Shown here piece after piece: positions 9,397 through 19,569 of a stretch of 64,000 nt of DNA (position 1 is the first letter of the stretch; each line of letters opens with the position of its first letter). The stretch spans positions 291,393-355,392 of the IMG/VR virus record IMGVR_UViG_3300037455_000372. One strand, written 5' to 3'. Source of the stretch: a virus (lineage: Duplodnaviria; Heunggongvirae; Uroviricota; Caudoviricetes). The notes beneath the pieces are model-generated. The model was not told the DNA's origin. It saw only the letters and a list, made by a program, of their open reading frames with translations, and did no database searches. The position numbers were made by a program, and so were the translations under genes.

Positions 9397-10285
9397 AGAA
9401 CAGGTAAAGTACCTAGAACAGATGGTCGCGCATATAGAAGCTATGTCCGTTAAGCCGGACAAGGTTCTGTATCTGCAAGACCGACCGTCCGCCCGTGAGA
9501 TGGTGGACTGCAGAAAGATTTTGTCCGGAAACTCGCTGATCGAGCAAGTCGTCGTCAGAGACCAGCCGGAACATATGGGTCATCCGCAGATGGTCTACGG
9601 CGAGTACCATTTCTTGACTGGTCACGTCCGCGAAGTTGCCATCGACTATATGGTGAAGAACGGCTACGATATCATCGTCTTCATCGACGGTGACTGCCTC
9701 CCTGAACCAGACCTGATTAAAGGCCACGCGGCTATCCTAGGAACCGCTGGCGGTGCCGCAGTTACCATCGGTCAGCGCAAGGAGTATATGCACGGCTGGG
9801 TAGACCAGCGAATGACCAACAATAGCAAGATGGAAATCTTCTTCAAAGAGCCGACCGAAGTCAAGAACGAAGGCTATTTCGTCGATTCGGGCGTCGTATG
9901 GACTTGCAATTTCGGAATGAACGCCGCTGCAGTTACGCATCTTCGTAGGCTCAATCAGCTACTTTACAGCCGTTACGAGACCTTCCACAGCGATTTCCTC
10001 GGTACTTGGGGTGGGGAGGACGGTTTTATCGGAATGGAATGCTTCTATACCGGTCTTCCGGTATATGCGCTTCCGATAGGCGACAACGGCATCAAGCACC
10101 AGTACCACGACAGACGCTCCGCAAAATACCAGCACGTTTCCTTTATCTCGTTCCTTGAGGCTCATAGGGAGCAGCTGATTTTCTTGCTGAATCTGTACAA
10201 GGTGAATCCAAAACCGATCGAGTTCTTACCGAGGTCGGAAATTCTGGTCAAGTTTGGGCTTGTCGAAACCGAGGATCAATCCTAA
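9368..10285 (+). CDS. GT-A fold glycosyltransferase (GT2-like)
   Basis: IIVFIDGDCLP (DxD), WTCNFG, WGGEDG motifs. Confidence 0.75.
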   Translation: MKTLLAIPNKEQVKYLEQMVAHIEAMSVKPDKVLYLQDRPSAREMVDCRKILSGNSLIEQVVVRDQPEHMGHPQMVYGEYHFLTGHVREVAIDYMVKNGYDIIVFIDGDCLPEPDLIKGHAAILGTAGGAAVTIGQRKEYMHGWVDQRMTNNSKMEIFFKEPTEVKNEGYFVDSGVVWTCNFGMNAAAVTHLRRLNQLLYSRYETFHSDFLGTWGGEDGFIGMECFYTGLPVYALPIGDNGIKHQYHDRRSAKYQHVSFISFLEAHREQLIFLLNLYKVNPKPIEFLPRSEILVKFGLVETEDQS

Positions 10286-10343
10286 AATGACCTAATTTGG
10301 CATCGGAATTATATAAACTGCAAACAGCAACAGAGAAGTTCCT

Positions 10344-12707
10344 ATGCCAGTAAATCCAAAGCTTATTACTAAAGTCGCATACCAAATTCTGGGAATTCCG
10401 GAATGCAAGAGTTGCGGTATAACGCTGGATGTCAGCCATATGTCGACCAGTAAGTACCCCTTCGTTCTTCCATTCAACGGACCGGGTAATAGCGGTATGA
10501 TGTTCCGTCTTGTGTTCAACCCCAAGGGTGAGTTCATCGGGTTCAATGACGGAAAAACGACTCGCCAGATTACGGTTTCCGAAGATGGAACCTTGTCTGA
10601 AGACGACTTGAAGTGGCTAGAAGGTGAACTGAACAAACGAAACGTGACGCTCAGGTCGGTCATTATCAAGCTGATGACTTCTGAAAAGAATATGGAGTCC
10701 GAGCGCGGCGTCAACTATTATGAACAGTTCCCGAAATTCTCTCTTCGACAGATGTTGTCGATTCCTCGCTTGTTCAACTTGGTCAAGGCATATTTCGAAA
10801 AGTCTGGACGCAAGGTAAATGACGCGGCTCTGAAGGAAGAGCTGAAAACAAAGAGCGAAGAATATCTCCACGATATTTTCGCCGATGCTTTCAAGAACTT
10901 TATGTCGATTAAGGGTCTCCCGGTTTCCGAGGACATCGTGGACAACGCGCTGAACAACAACCGTGTAGAATTCGTGAAGCTTGTGCAGAAAGGCATCGAA
11001 CCGTTTAAGGCCGTTAAGTATCTTTTCAACAAGAATGGCGAAATCGAGCATATCAATACCGACGACATCGTGGTTATAGAAACCCGTTCTAAGCTGCAAG
11101 GAACTCTCGGCGATCCAGGCGACCCTCGCCTTTCCGCTATGCTTACGGCTCCGCTGAACAAGAATACGAGCTTGCTTGTCGACGTAGGCTACCTCCAAAA
11201 CGGAGAAAATGTCGAACTGTTCTACCGTGTCGGCATTGTCGCTGGCAATGTTGTATTGACTCGTTATACGAAACCGGACGAAAACGGAAACCAGAAGTTG
11301 AGTTCTGTACAGTCAAAGACGACGCTGGAAGATTTCGCTGGCATCAACGACTGGGTTGGTTCTACGGTGTCTTCAACTTTCGAAGTCGACCACGACGTGG
11401 AGGAAACCAAGCCGGGTAATATGAATATCTTCCTAGGCGACGCGCCGGAATATCCTCGCGAACTGAACAATATGTTCGAACAGATGAAGATGAAGGGAAC
11501 ATTGACCGAATTTTCAGCCGAGGAAGTTACAAGCAACTACTTCTCGAATACGATTGTGTCTGCAAGGTTCGGAAAGTTCCCGAACTCTATGGGCAGCAAG
11601 GGTATCGAGTACAAGGTGTCCGGTTATGACCGTCCCGTTGTGATTATGGGATTCAAGGACATTGAAGAATTTGGTACTAGCACGTCCATTAACGTGGATT
11701 CGAGCGCACCGGTTGAAATCCAATACTTGGCTCTATATCGCGGAGCCGGTGATTATTCGACCAAGGTCGCCAAGGATGTAGGCCAAGCGTTTGCTATTGC
11801 TCGTTCGCTGTGCGCCGCGTATATGGTCGCGTTTGACTTCATCCGTGGCCTTCCCAATATGCTTGGCGAGATCGAGAATACGCCGAATACCATTATCAGC
11901 ACTGACGAGATTTTTGCGCAGTTGTCGTTTATGCCGTGGTTTGACGAGATGCACAGACAAGTCGTCGCCAAGATGATGGTTGGTTCTGGAATCACCCATA
12001 AGAATATGATGCTCGAAGCTAACGTCAGATACAACGACGACGGAAGCTGCAATGTTGTTGTCGGTGTGAAGAAGAACAGCGTGTCCAACAATGTCAACAT
12101 CTTGAATCTGGACGATACGCCGCTCGATGACGTTATGAGTGACCCGGAAAACGAGAACTATCAAAAAATCGTAAATATGGTTCAGCCGGTTGTAACGAGT
12201 TCCGATTTCGGTTCGACGAAAATGAATATGTCCAAGGAAGCCGACTCCGCAGCAGAGGCTAACCGCCAAGGCGATGCGAAGATTCGTGAACACTGGATTA
12301 AGAAATCGACACCTGAAGTCGACCAGTCAAACGCTATGGCCAAGATTACACAGTGTAAGGAAGCGTTCAATAACACATTTGCCAAGTATGGCATACCGTT
12401 TAATCTTAGCGAAACAGCGGTTAGCAGAAACCGTCAGAACAACTCCGTCATTGCAGCCGCGTTCACCGTTGACGATGGTGATAGCGGCGAGTTTAATGCG
12501 GTTCCGTCTATGGATCAGCAGGGTTCGAAAAACGGTGATAGCAATGTCTATTACAAGCAGAACCAAGCTACCATCCCGGTCGAGTACGCGAACCCGAACG
12601 CGGACAATAGCGTAATCCGATTCTCCGACGGCTTTGTCGAGAAATTTTTGTCGATTACCGGTGCGCTGCAGAGTTCTATCAAGACTCGGTCCGAACAGAA
12701 TCAATAA
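10344..12707 (+). CDS. Hypothetical 787-aa protein (possibly virion-associated)
   Basis: Long ORF preceded by TATAAACT at 10312-10319. Confidence 0.6.
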   Translation: MPVNPKLITKVAYQILGIPECKSCGITLDVSHMSTSKYPFVLPFNGPGNSGMMFRLVFNPKGEFIGFNDGKTTRQITVSEDGTLSEDDLKWLEGELNKRNVTLRSVIIKLMTSEKNMESERGVNYYEQFPKFSLRQMLSIPRLFNLVKAYFEKSGRKVNDAALKEELKTKSEEYLHDIFADAFKNFMSIKGLPVSEDIVDNALNNNRVEFVKLVQKGIEPFKAVKYLFNKNGEIEHINTDDIVVIETRSKLQGTLGDPGDPRLSAMLTAPLNKNTSLLVDVGYLQNGENVELFYRVGIVAGNVVLTRYTKPDENGNQKLSSVQSKTTLEDFAGINDWVGSTVSSTFEVDHDVEETKPGNMNIFLGDAPEYPRELNNMFEQMKMKGTLTEFSAEEVTSNYFSNTIVSARFGKFPNSMGSKGIEYKVSGYDRPVVIMGFKDIEEFGTSTSINVDSSAPVEIQYLALYRGAGDYSTKVAKDVGQAFAIARSLCAAYMVAFDFIRGLPNMLGEIENTPNTIISTDEIFAQLSFMPWFDEMHRQVVAKMMVGSGITHKNMMLEANVRYNDDGSCNVVVGVKKNSVSNNVNILNLDDTPLDDVMSDPENENYQKIVNMVQPVVTSSDFGSTKMNMSKEADSAAEANRQGDAKIREHWIKKSTPEVDQSNAMAKITQCKEAFNNTFAKYGIPFNLSETAVSRNRQNNSVIAAAFTVDDGDSGEFNAVPSMDQQGSKNGDSNVYYKQNQATIPVEYANPNADNSVIRFSDGFVEKFLSITGALQSSIKTRSEQNQ

Positions 12708-12737
12708 AAAGAACGCCGCTTTTAAGCGGCGTTTTTG
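12706..12737. terminator. Bidirectional intrinsic terminator
   Basis: AAAAAGAACGCCGCTTTTAAGCGGCGTTTTT between convergent genes. Confidence 0.8.
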
Positions 12738-13970
12738 TTACCAAGAGAACGTTTTCTGGTATTTATCAGCTGTATCTAGGATTCGCTGGAAATATCCTGG
12801 ATCCTTCGATTTGCTTGATGACTTTTTATCCTTATCATTACCATTTCCGTCCAAATCGTCATCACCGTCATCGCCACCCCAGTTGAAGTCGTCCTTGTCA
12901 TCTGGGTTCTCTCCACCGTTCTGGTTTCCTTGCTGGTTATTGTTACCGTTCAGTGAACGGACGTGTTGAGAAATCGCGGCTTGGACATAGCGGTAAGCAG
13001 CGTTACGGGTATCGTCGTCGGCGTCGTCAAGGATAGGAGACTGGATAGCATTGAAATATTCGTCAGCCTTCTCGTTGATTTCGTTCTGTGTCATCTGCGG
13101 GTTATTACAATCCGCCGGAATGCGGTCGGAGTAATCTTCCTTGAACTTCGCGACAAATTCCTTGTACATCTGTTGCTGAGTTTTTGGCTGGTTATCTTCC
13201 GGCTGCTGCTGATTCTGCTGATTATCCGGCTGTGGCTGGTTGCCTTGCTGGTTCTGACCGTTATTGACCGGCTGTTCTTGCTTAGGCTGTTCTTCTTTCT
13301 TGGGTTCCGTCGTGTTGGACTCCGGAGGAACGCCTTGACCCATTTCGTCACCGGCTGGCTGCTGGTTTTCGTCGGGTTTCTGCTCTTGTTTGGCTTGCTT
13401 GTTCTTTTCGCGAGTAGCCTTAGCCTTCTCGGCACGTTCCTTGGCGGCTTTGTCAAGAGCTTCGATGCTCATATCCTTGCCGTCGGCGGCCTTCTTGACA
13501 TAGTCAAGCATCTGGTTGATTGCGTCTTGGAACGAATTCTTCTGGCTCTTGTGGATATTCGTGTACTTACGGTTCTTCAAGCCTTCGGCGAGGAACTTCG
13601 CCACACTGGACTTGTACGCGGCACGCTTTGCGTTGATCGTGACAGTCTTCGAACCTTCATCAAAGGTAACGACTTGGTCGCCGTCCTTGTTGAACACCAG
13701 AGTCCACGGAATATCGCCACTTGCTTCAACGGTGAACGGTTCTCCGTCACCGTAAACGAGCTGGGCGAGCTTGATACGGTTTTCCTTTCCAGACGGGGAG
13801 TCGGGTCCGAACACGTCGCCGACATCACCAGCCGAAATTGGCGGGACGGCGGCGTTAGACGAGGCCGGTTTCTTCTTGGCTTCGAATATCGAATTGGGGT
13901 TATCTTCTCCAGTCCGTTCGAAAATCCTGTCAAAGGCGTCTAGCAAGTTGCATCCGATATCAGTCAGCAT
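12738..13970 (-). CDS. Hypothetical protein with Q/N/E/D-rich low-complexity tracts
   Basis: 410-aa ORF; TATAAACT upstream on the minus strand (13996-14003). Confidence 0.65.
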   Translation of the reverse strand: MLTDIGCNLLDAFDRIFERTGEDNPNSIFEAKKKPASSNAAVPPISAGDVGDVFGPDSPSGKENRIKLAQLVYGDGEPFTVEASGDIPWTLVFNKDGDQVVTFDEGSKTVTINAKRAAYKSSVAKFLAEGLKNRKYTNIHKSQKNSFQDAINQMLDYVKKAADGKDMSIEALDKAAKERAEKAKATREKNKQAKQEQKPDENQQPAGDEMGQGVPPESNTTEPKKEEQPKQEQPVNNGQNQQGNQPQPDNQQNQQQPEDNQPKTQQQMYKEFVAKFKEDYSDRIPADCNNPQMTQNEINEKADEYFNAIQSPILDDADDDTRNAAYRYVQAAISQHVRSLNGNNNQQGNQNGGENPDDKDDFNWGGDDGDDDLDGNGNDKDKKSSSKSKDPGYFQRILDTADKYQKTFSW

Positions 13971-13995
13971 AGCGTAACCAAGTTTCTTTATTCAG

Positions 13996-14033
13996 AGTTT
14001 ATACGTTTTGAGCTAGTTTCTGCCGTATAAACT
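13996..14033. promoter_or_regulatory. Divergent pair of TATAAACT late-type promoter motifs
   Basis: AGTTTATA at 13996-14003 and TATAAACT at 14026-14033, each facing a gene; same arrangement at 30731-30750. Confidence 0.6.
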
Positions 14034-14057
14034 CCTTTAAAAGGATGCGAGGTGGAT

Positions 14058-15017
14058 ATGACACCAGAAACTATTTCGGAACGCGAGTCTAAATTCGCTC
14101 TCAAACTAATCGATTCAACCGCGAAACAGTTCACCGCCGGAACCAAGATTGGCATAGGCAACGATTTCGCAATTACTCCGATTTCCACCTCGTTCAAGTC
14201 ATACTATTACCAGACAAAGACGGAAAAGAAGCAGATCTGCCTCCATTTCACCGTAGGCGTGCTTCCGGGCGACATTGCCACCCTTACCAAGGCCGACAAC
14301 CATATGTCCGTCCAGTACGTCGTAGACCGCCTAGGATTCATCTACAGGCTGTTTCCGGATGACTACTGGAGCTATCACCTTGGTGCCACCGCGATAGGCG
14401 GAAACTCGGTTATGTCTAAACAGTCCATCGGCATCGAGATCTCTAACTACGGTCCGCTCCGCTTCAAGGACGGAAAGTACCTCGACGCTTACGGCAACAC
14501 ATACACTACCGACGTTTCGCTGGTAGACTCGGTCTCCTACCGTGGCTATGACTATTATGCGAAGATGACGGAGCGTCAGAAGGAAGCCGTCGCACGTCTG
14601 CTCGTATATCTGTCCGAACGTCACAACATCCCGCTGAAGTTCAAGGACTACATCGGCGATGTGTTCGGGTCGGCTGAAGAGGCCGTCGCGTTCCGTGGGA
14701 TTTTCTGTCACAGCAATGTCCGTCCGGACAAGTATGACCTTCCTCCCGAAATGACGCTGCAAATCAAGGACGTGCTCGACAATATCACCAAGCCGTCCGA
14801 CCCGGTACCGCCGAAGGAAGAACCCAAGGAAGAACCGCCCAAAGAAGAGGCCGCACCGGTAGCAACGGCTCAAGAAGAACCTAAGCACGACTACCACGTC
14901 GAGGAAACCCCAAAAGGCGACCTAGTAATCGTCGACAAGGCTGCGACGCCTGTAGAGGCTCCCAAGAAGTCTTGGTGGCAGCGTCTGGTCGAATTTCTCC
15001 GAAGCGCGTTCGAATAG
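14058..15017 (+). CDS. N-acetylmuramoyl-L-alanine amidase (Amidase_2), probable endolysin
   Basis: ICLHFT, YHLG, SIGIEISN, IFCHSNVRPDKYD Zn-amidase motifs; Pro/Glu linker; amphipathic C-terminus KKSWWQRLVEFLR. Confidence 0.8.
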   Translation: MTPETISERESKFALKLIDSTAKQFTAGTKIGIGNDFAITPISTSFKSYYYQTKTEKKQICLHFTVGVLPGDIATLTKADNHMSVQYVVDRLGFIYRLFPDDYWSYHLGATAIGGNSVMSKQSIGIEISNYGPLRFKDGKYLDAYGNTYTTDVSLVDSVSYRGYDYYAKMTERQKEAVARLLVYLSERHNIPLKFKDYIGDVFGSAEEAVAFRGIFCHSNVRPDKYDLPPEMTLQIKDVLDNITKPSDPVPPKEEPKEEPPKEEAAPVATAQEEPKHDYHVEETPKGDLVIVDKAATPVEAPKKSWWQRLVEFLRSAFE

Positions 15018-15053
15018 TTGCATCTACACTACGGAAATACTATATTTTCGGCT

Positions 15054-15542
15054 ATGATTGACATAACCGATAAATACGCATTTTTCTACACGGAATGGCC
15101 TAGCAACTTCTTCCGTGCTTCGTTCACCTACAAGGGTCAGAAGTTCTTCTGTTCCGAACAGGCTTTTATGTGGGAAAAAGCCATCAAGTTCGATGACCAA
15201 GCCACCGCAAAGAAGATTCTCGCCGCTTCTACTCCTATGGAAGCCAAGAACCTCGGTCGAGAAGTCAAGAACTACGTTGACTCCGAATGGGACAAGGTGC
15301 GCTTCGACGTGATGTACGAAGTGAACCTCGCCAAGTATTCCCAGAACGACGACATCAAGCGTCGTCTCCTTGACAAGAAGTTCGATGGCAAGACTTTCGT
15401 CGAAGCATCTCCCTATGACGGCATCTGGGGAATCAAGCTCGGAATGGGTGACGCTCGTCTCCACGACGACAAGAACTGGAATGGCCAGAACTTGCTTGGG
15501 AAGGCCATAACCAAGGTTCGTGAAACTCTTCTGAAGGGTTGA
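15054..15542 (+). CDS. NADAR (YbiA/DUF1768) family hydrolase
   Basis: PSNF, SEQAFMWEKA, AKNLGREV, EASPYDGIWG, GQNLLGKA. Confidence 0.9.
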   Translation: MIDITDKYAFFYTEWPSNFFRASFTYKGQKFFCSEQAFMWEKAIKFDDQATAKKILAASTPMEAKNLGREVKNYVDSEWDKVRFDVMYEVNLAKYSQNDDIKRRLLDKKFDGKTFVEASPYDGIWGIKLGMGDARLHDDKNWNGQNLLGKAITKVRETLLKG

Positions 15543-15543
15543 T

Positions 15544-16032
15544 ATGTTGACTCCGTTTCACTGGCCGGTGCTCGTCGCCTATGTGATTCTTGCCTTGTGG
15601 ATCAATATGGTTCGCCGTATGGACAAATGGCTGGCCACGATGAACCACCGCATAGACGAATACAGGAAGCTTGAACAGGACTGGAACGGTTACGACGCAC
15701 CGCCGTTCTCTGACAAGGTACTAAGTCGGACGTTCGACTTGATATTCGCGATGCGGTACACGTCGAACTTCTGCTGGTTCGAGGAATGGGAGCTTTCCCC
15801 GACTGGCCGAGGCACTATCCAGATCGAATGTTCTCCGGACGGCTTCAACATCTTCAAGGACAAGAAGAAGATGTATATGGAAGTCGAGATATATGAGGAC
15901 AAGTACGTCATATATTGCGAGGACGAGAACTGGGAAAAAGAATTCAAGTCTGTTGACGATGTAGTAGAGGTAATGCGTCGATGGACACCCAAATCATTTT
16001 TCAAATATGCTAGATTGAGGTCTTTATGGTAA
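15544..16032 (+). CDS. Hypothetical membrane-anchored protein
   Basis: N-terminal TM; LEQDWNGYDAPP motif common in phage hypotheticals. Confidence 0.55.
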   Translation: MLTPFHWPVLVAYVILALWINMVRRMDKWLATMNHRIDEYRKLEQDWNGYDAPPFSDKVLSRTFDLIFAMRYTSNFCWFEEWELSPTGRGTIQIECSPDGFNIFKDKKKMYMEVEIYEDKYVIYCEDENWEKEFKSVDDVVEVMRRWTPKSFFKYARLRSLW

Positions 16033-17222
16033 ACGGTCAATTTGCTGGTCATTATGACATTTTGCTGGTCGGAGCTGGGTTGTACAATGCCGTGCTCGCG
16101 TACCGCTTCCAACAGATGGGACTGTCCGTGTGCGTAGTGGAACGCCGAGCCGGACACGAAATCGGAGGTAACTGTGCTACCGAAACTCGTGACGGTATCA
16201 TCATCCACAAGTACGGGGCGCACATCTTCCATACGTCGGACAAAGCTGCTTGGGAATTCGCCAACAAGTTCGCGCATTTTGTTCCGTTCATCAACAGCCC
16301 GGTCGCGATTGCCGAATATGAAGTGCTTGATTCTTGTTTAGGCAGAGGTACAACGCTTAAAACCGACGTGTACAACCTTCCGTTCAATATGAACACGTTC
16401 GCGAAAATCTTCGGTTTGCATAGACCGAGGGACGTTGAGGAAAAGCTTAAAGCAGAGACGGCACCTTACATCAAGGAAACTTACAAGAATCTTGAGGAAA
16501 AGGCGTTGTCCTTGGTCGGTCCTAAGATTTTCCACGCATTGATCGAAGGATATACCGAGAAGCAATGGGGTCGGTCGTGCAGCGAATTGCCTCCATACAT
16601 CATCACGCGAATCCCGCTCCGTATGGTTTACGATAACAACTATTTCAACGATACCTACCAAGGAATCCCGGCAGCTGGCTATTCCAACTGGATCAATATG
16701 ATGTACGGCAAAGCCACGTTCTATTCTGGTGTCGACTATATCGAGAATCGCGCCGAACTGGACAAGATTGCCGACCATATCTTCTATTCTGGCCGTATCG
16801 ACGAGTTCTTCAATTTCAAGTATGGCAAGCTCGACTACCGCAGCTTGAAGTTCGAAACAGTTGCCTATGAGACCGACAACTACCAAGGTGTTGCCGTTTG
16901 TAACTATACGACCAAATTCCGGAAGTACACCCGTTCCATCGAGCATCGCCATTTTATGTGGAAGGATGCCCCGCAGTGGGCGGTTAAGCCAAACACGACA
17001 TATGTCACCTACGAATATCCGGCGGATATGAGCGAGACCAACGAGCCGTTCTATTCCGTCAATGATACGAAGAACACCGAGCTGTACGCCAAGTATGCTG
17101 CAGAATGTCCTGAAAACGTCACATTCGTAGGCCGCCTCGGTATGTACCGCTACAACGATATGGACGATACCATAATCAGCGCACTGAATATGGATCTAAC
17201 CAAGTTCGCGAAGAAATTCTAG
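16026..17222 (+). CDS. glf: UDP-galactopyranose mutase
   Basis: GAGL FAD motif, IGGNC, HKYGAHIFHT, YTEKQWG, YFNDTYQGIP, GRLGMYRYNDMD. Confidence 0.95.
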   Translation: MVNGQFAGHYDILLVGAGLYNAVLAYRFQQMGLSVCVVERRAGHEIGGNCATETRDGIIIHKYGAHIFHTSDKAAWEFANKFAHFVPFINSPVAIAEYEVLDSCLGRGTTLKTDVYNLPFNMNTFAKIFGLHRPRDVEEKLKAETAPYIKETYKNLEEKALSLVGPKIFHALIEGYTEKQWGRSCSELPPYIITRIPLRMVYDNNYFNDTYQGIPAAGYSNWINMMYGKATFYSGVDYIENRAELDKIADHIFYSGRIDEFFNFKYGKLDYRSLKFETVAYETDNYQGVAVCNYTTKFRKYTRSIEHRHFMWKDAPQWAVKPNTTYVTYEYPADMSETNEPFYSVNDTKNTELYAKYAAECPENVTFVGRLGMYRYNDMDDTIISALNMDLTKFAKKF

Positions 17223-17239
17223 TTTTAGTGTGGATAACG

Positions 17240-17272
17240 GAAGAACTCCGCCCGGTTGGACGGAGTTCTTTT
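17240..17272. terminator. Intrinsic terminator between convergent genes
   Basis: AAGAACTCCG...CGGAGTTCTT followed by T tract. Confidence 0.7.
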
Positions 17273-17299
17273 TCGTTGTACCACTATGAGAAGAATGTT

Positions 17300-17434
17300 T
17301 TATAGGCAAGATATTAGCAACAATCCGCCGACAAAAGAGAGTGCCATACCGAGACCTACGATGAAATTCATCTTGATGTCACTTTTGGTGTACGGTATTC
17401 CGAATTGGTCTGTTCCGTAATCTTTCTCTTTCAT
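17300..17434 (-). CDS. Small 44-aa membrane protein
   Basis: RBS GGAGG; ATG overlaps the pnuC stop; C-terminal hydrophobic helix. Confidence 0.5.
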   Translation of the reverse strand: MKEKDYGTDQFGIPYTKSDIKMNFIVGLGMALSFVGGLLLISCL

Positions 17435-17997
17435 ATGTTACCTCCACGCTTTTTGTATTCGCGAGTCCAGTTGGTAAAAGAGAATACTGCCAAGAGCGTC
17501 CATACGGTGTACAGAGCGAGAAGATACACGGCTTGGTCCGGCAGCATATAGTATTCGACGATATAGGCTATGTCGTTGATGAACCAGACGATCCAGGCTT
17601 CTATCTTGCGCAGAGCCATCAAGGCAAGAGCGACGAATGTCGTCACTGTCGTGAAGGAGTCGAGATGCGGCAGCGGGTCGTCGGTCTGTGCCAGTATGGC
17701 ATAACCGACAAGAGTTCCGACAATTATCAAGGCCGAAACCGCAATCGCGTGGGACGGCTTCAGGTAGGAAATTGCAGATTCTGGCTTTCCCCACTGAATA
17801 AAGGCGTATGCGCAGATACCGACCATAATGCCGCTCTGAACCATATCGCCGTACAGTCCGTTGACGTAGGAGAATGCGATAAGGAAGCCGAGCTGGATAA
17901 CGTAGATAATCCAGTTGCTACGCTTGTTCAGCATAACGAGGATTCCCTGAAGGAGGCCGAACGCGGTCGCGAGGATTTCGAGCTGTTCCGATGTCAT
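17431..17997 (-). CDS. pnuC: PnuC-family nicotinamide riboside transporter
   Basis: Multi-TM; LEILA, DSFTTV, EAWIVWFINDI (WxxW) motifs. Confidence 0.8.
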   Translation of the reverse strand: MTSEQLEILATAFGLLQGILVMLNKRSNWIIYVIQLGFLIAFSYVNGLYGDMVQSGIMVGICAYAFIQWGKPESAISYLKPSHAIAVSALIIVGTLVGYAILAQTDDPLPHLDSFTTVTTFVALALMALRKIEAWIVWFINDIAYIVEYYMLPDQAVYLLALYTVWTLLAVFSFTNWTREYKKRGGNI

Positions 17998-18009
17998 TGT
18001 TTCTGTCCT

Positions 18010-18540
18010 TTAGTTGATTGTTTTGATAAGGGTTGCGCACCAGTCCTTGGCGTGTTCGGTACTGTTGCACTTGTGGAAGGTGATGTTCGGGTTGATAATA
18101 CGCGCTTGGTGGAACGGGTACCAGTATTGGTGATGAATCTGTGTGGCGAGGTTATCCGAAGACACGTCTTCTTCGGTCTGTTCATCGGTGGGGACATAGA
18201 AAATTTCGATGCGCTTGTTGAGCGTCGCGGCGAAAATGAGTTCGGCCACTGTGCCGGGAGCTTGGCCGTCTTCGGGGAACACGAGGAAGACTATGTCGGA
18301 ACGGCGGATTGCTTCCACTTCGGACTCGACCACTGCTTCGGAGTTGAGACCCTTCTTGTAATAGTAGAACGGGCCGGTGTATTCGACGTTTCCGAGGTCT
18401 TCGATGTCGTTGTGCTGTTCGATGAATGGCTCGCCGACGATTCCGTAACGGAAGTCGCTGCGGATAAGTTCGGGGGTCACTTCACTGTACTTGAACGTGA
18501 ACGGGCCGCCCACGTAAATTCTGTGCTTAATGCGTTTCAT
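18010..18540 (-). CDS. Nucleoside 2-deoxyribosyltransferase / nucleotide N-hydrolase-like protein
   Basis: IYVGGPF, AIRRSDIV, PGTVAELIFA motifs. Confidence 0.65.
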   Translation of the reverse strand: MKRIKHRIYVGGPFTFKYSEVTPELIRSDFRYGIVGEPFIEQHNDIEDLGNVEYTGPFYYYKKGLNSEAVVESEVEAIRRSDIVFLVFPEDGQAPGTVAELIFAATLNKRIEIFYVPTDEQTEEDVSSDNLATQIHHQYWYPFHQARIINPNITFHKCNSTEHAKDWCATLIKTIN

Positions 18541-18889
18541 GGTAGAGTCCTAACTTCTTGAGGGTGGGTGCCATATTTACGTTGGGGTAGTATTTGAGCC
18601 ACGTGTCGTGGGCGTCGAGTGGTTTGTCCGGCTTGGTGAACCGTGCCGATTCCCAGTCCAGAGCGGCTTGAACCTTGTCCTTGATGTCTCCGTTGCGGTA
18701 ATGGTGGCTTGACCAAGCGCGATGGATTTTCTGGGTGAGGCGTTTGCCGAAGAATAGATACATTACAACCTTGTCGAGGTCGTGCAGGGGGAATGAGTAG
18801 CCGAGAGACTTCGCAATATTCTGCAAGGCGCGACGGTGGTCGAGCGTATACTTGATGAGATCGATTCGATACTTGATTAGTTTGAGCAT
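18527..18889 (-). CDS. Small HD-like / DUF5662-like protein
   Basis: DH..., LHDLDK, SHH, DWESAR.TKPDKP. Confidence 0.55.
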   Translation of the reverse strand: MLKLIKYRIDLIKYTLDHRRALQNIAKSLGYSFPLHDLDKVVMYLFFGKRLTQKIHRAWSSHHYRNGDIKDKVQAALDWESARFTKPDKPLDAHDTWLKYYPNVNMAPTLKKLGLYHETH

Positions 18890-19003
18890 AGCCTAAATAT
18901 AACAAAATTTGACGACTTTGTCAATGGATAAATATAAAATTTGCAATTAAAAATTTTTAGTTCTATATTCGCATTCCAGAAACAGACAAATGGAGATAAA
19001 TAT

Positions 19004-19516
19004 ATGTCATTGTTTACCCTTACCGGCATTCTCAACAGCAAAGCAACAGTTGTCGTCAAGGACACGGCACTTACACAGCTCAAGTTCAAGGTGAGCATCC
19101 CTGCCGAGGTGCGCGAAATCGGTCGCGTACTCACCGACGAATGCGGCGTTGACCAGCTCAAAGACGTTACCGACAATACCAACGGCGTGTGGAGCCACAA
19201 ACGCGACCTCAAGGAGTACGGTATCTACATCGATGCCAACTTCGGAACCGAACTCGAAACCATCACTACGTTCAAGGGTATTTTACGAAGTGTCTCTTTC
19301 ACTCACTCAACGAAGTCCACCGGAGATGGCCTCGTCGAAAACTCTTGCTGCACGCTCGAAATCTTGAAGAACTACGACAAGGATTCCGACTTCGAGATGA
19401 ACCCGTACGTGAAGTACAAGGAAGTCGAGCCGACTTCTGGCAAGAAGGTGCTTATTCCGATGGTTCTCACCGCCGAGCAGATCGACACCAACCCAGTTGA
19501 TATGACTGAGATTTAA
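19004..19516 (+). CDS. Hypothetical protein
   Basis: GGAG RBS and TTGCAA..TATATT promoter-like motif upstream. Confidence 0.65.
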   Translation: MSLFTLTGILNSKATVVVKDTALTQLKFKVSIPAEVREIGRVLTDECGVDQLKDVTDNTNGVWSHKRDLKEYGIYIDANFGTELETITTFKGILRSVSFTHSTKSTGDGLVENSCCTLEILKNYDKDSDFEMNPYVKYKEVEPTSGKKVLIPMVLTAEQIDTNPVDMTEI

Positions 19517-19569
19517 ACCTGTATTTAAGAGGTATTTGCAATACCGCAGATACCTCTTTTAGGAGTTTT

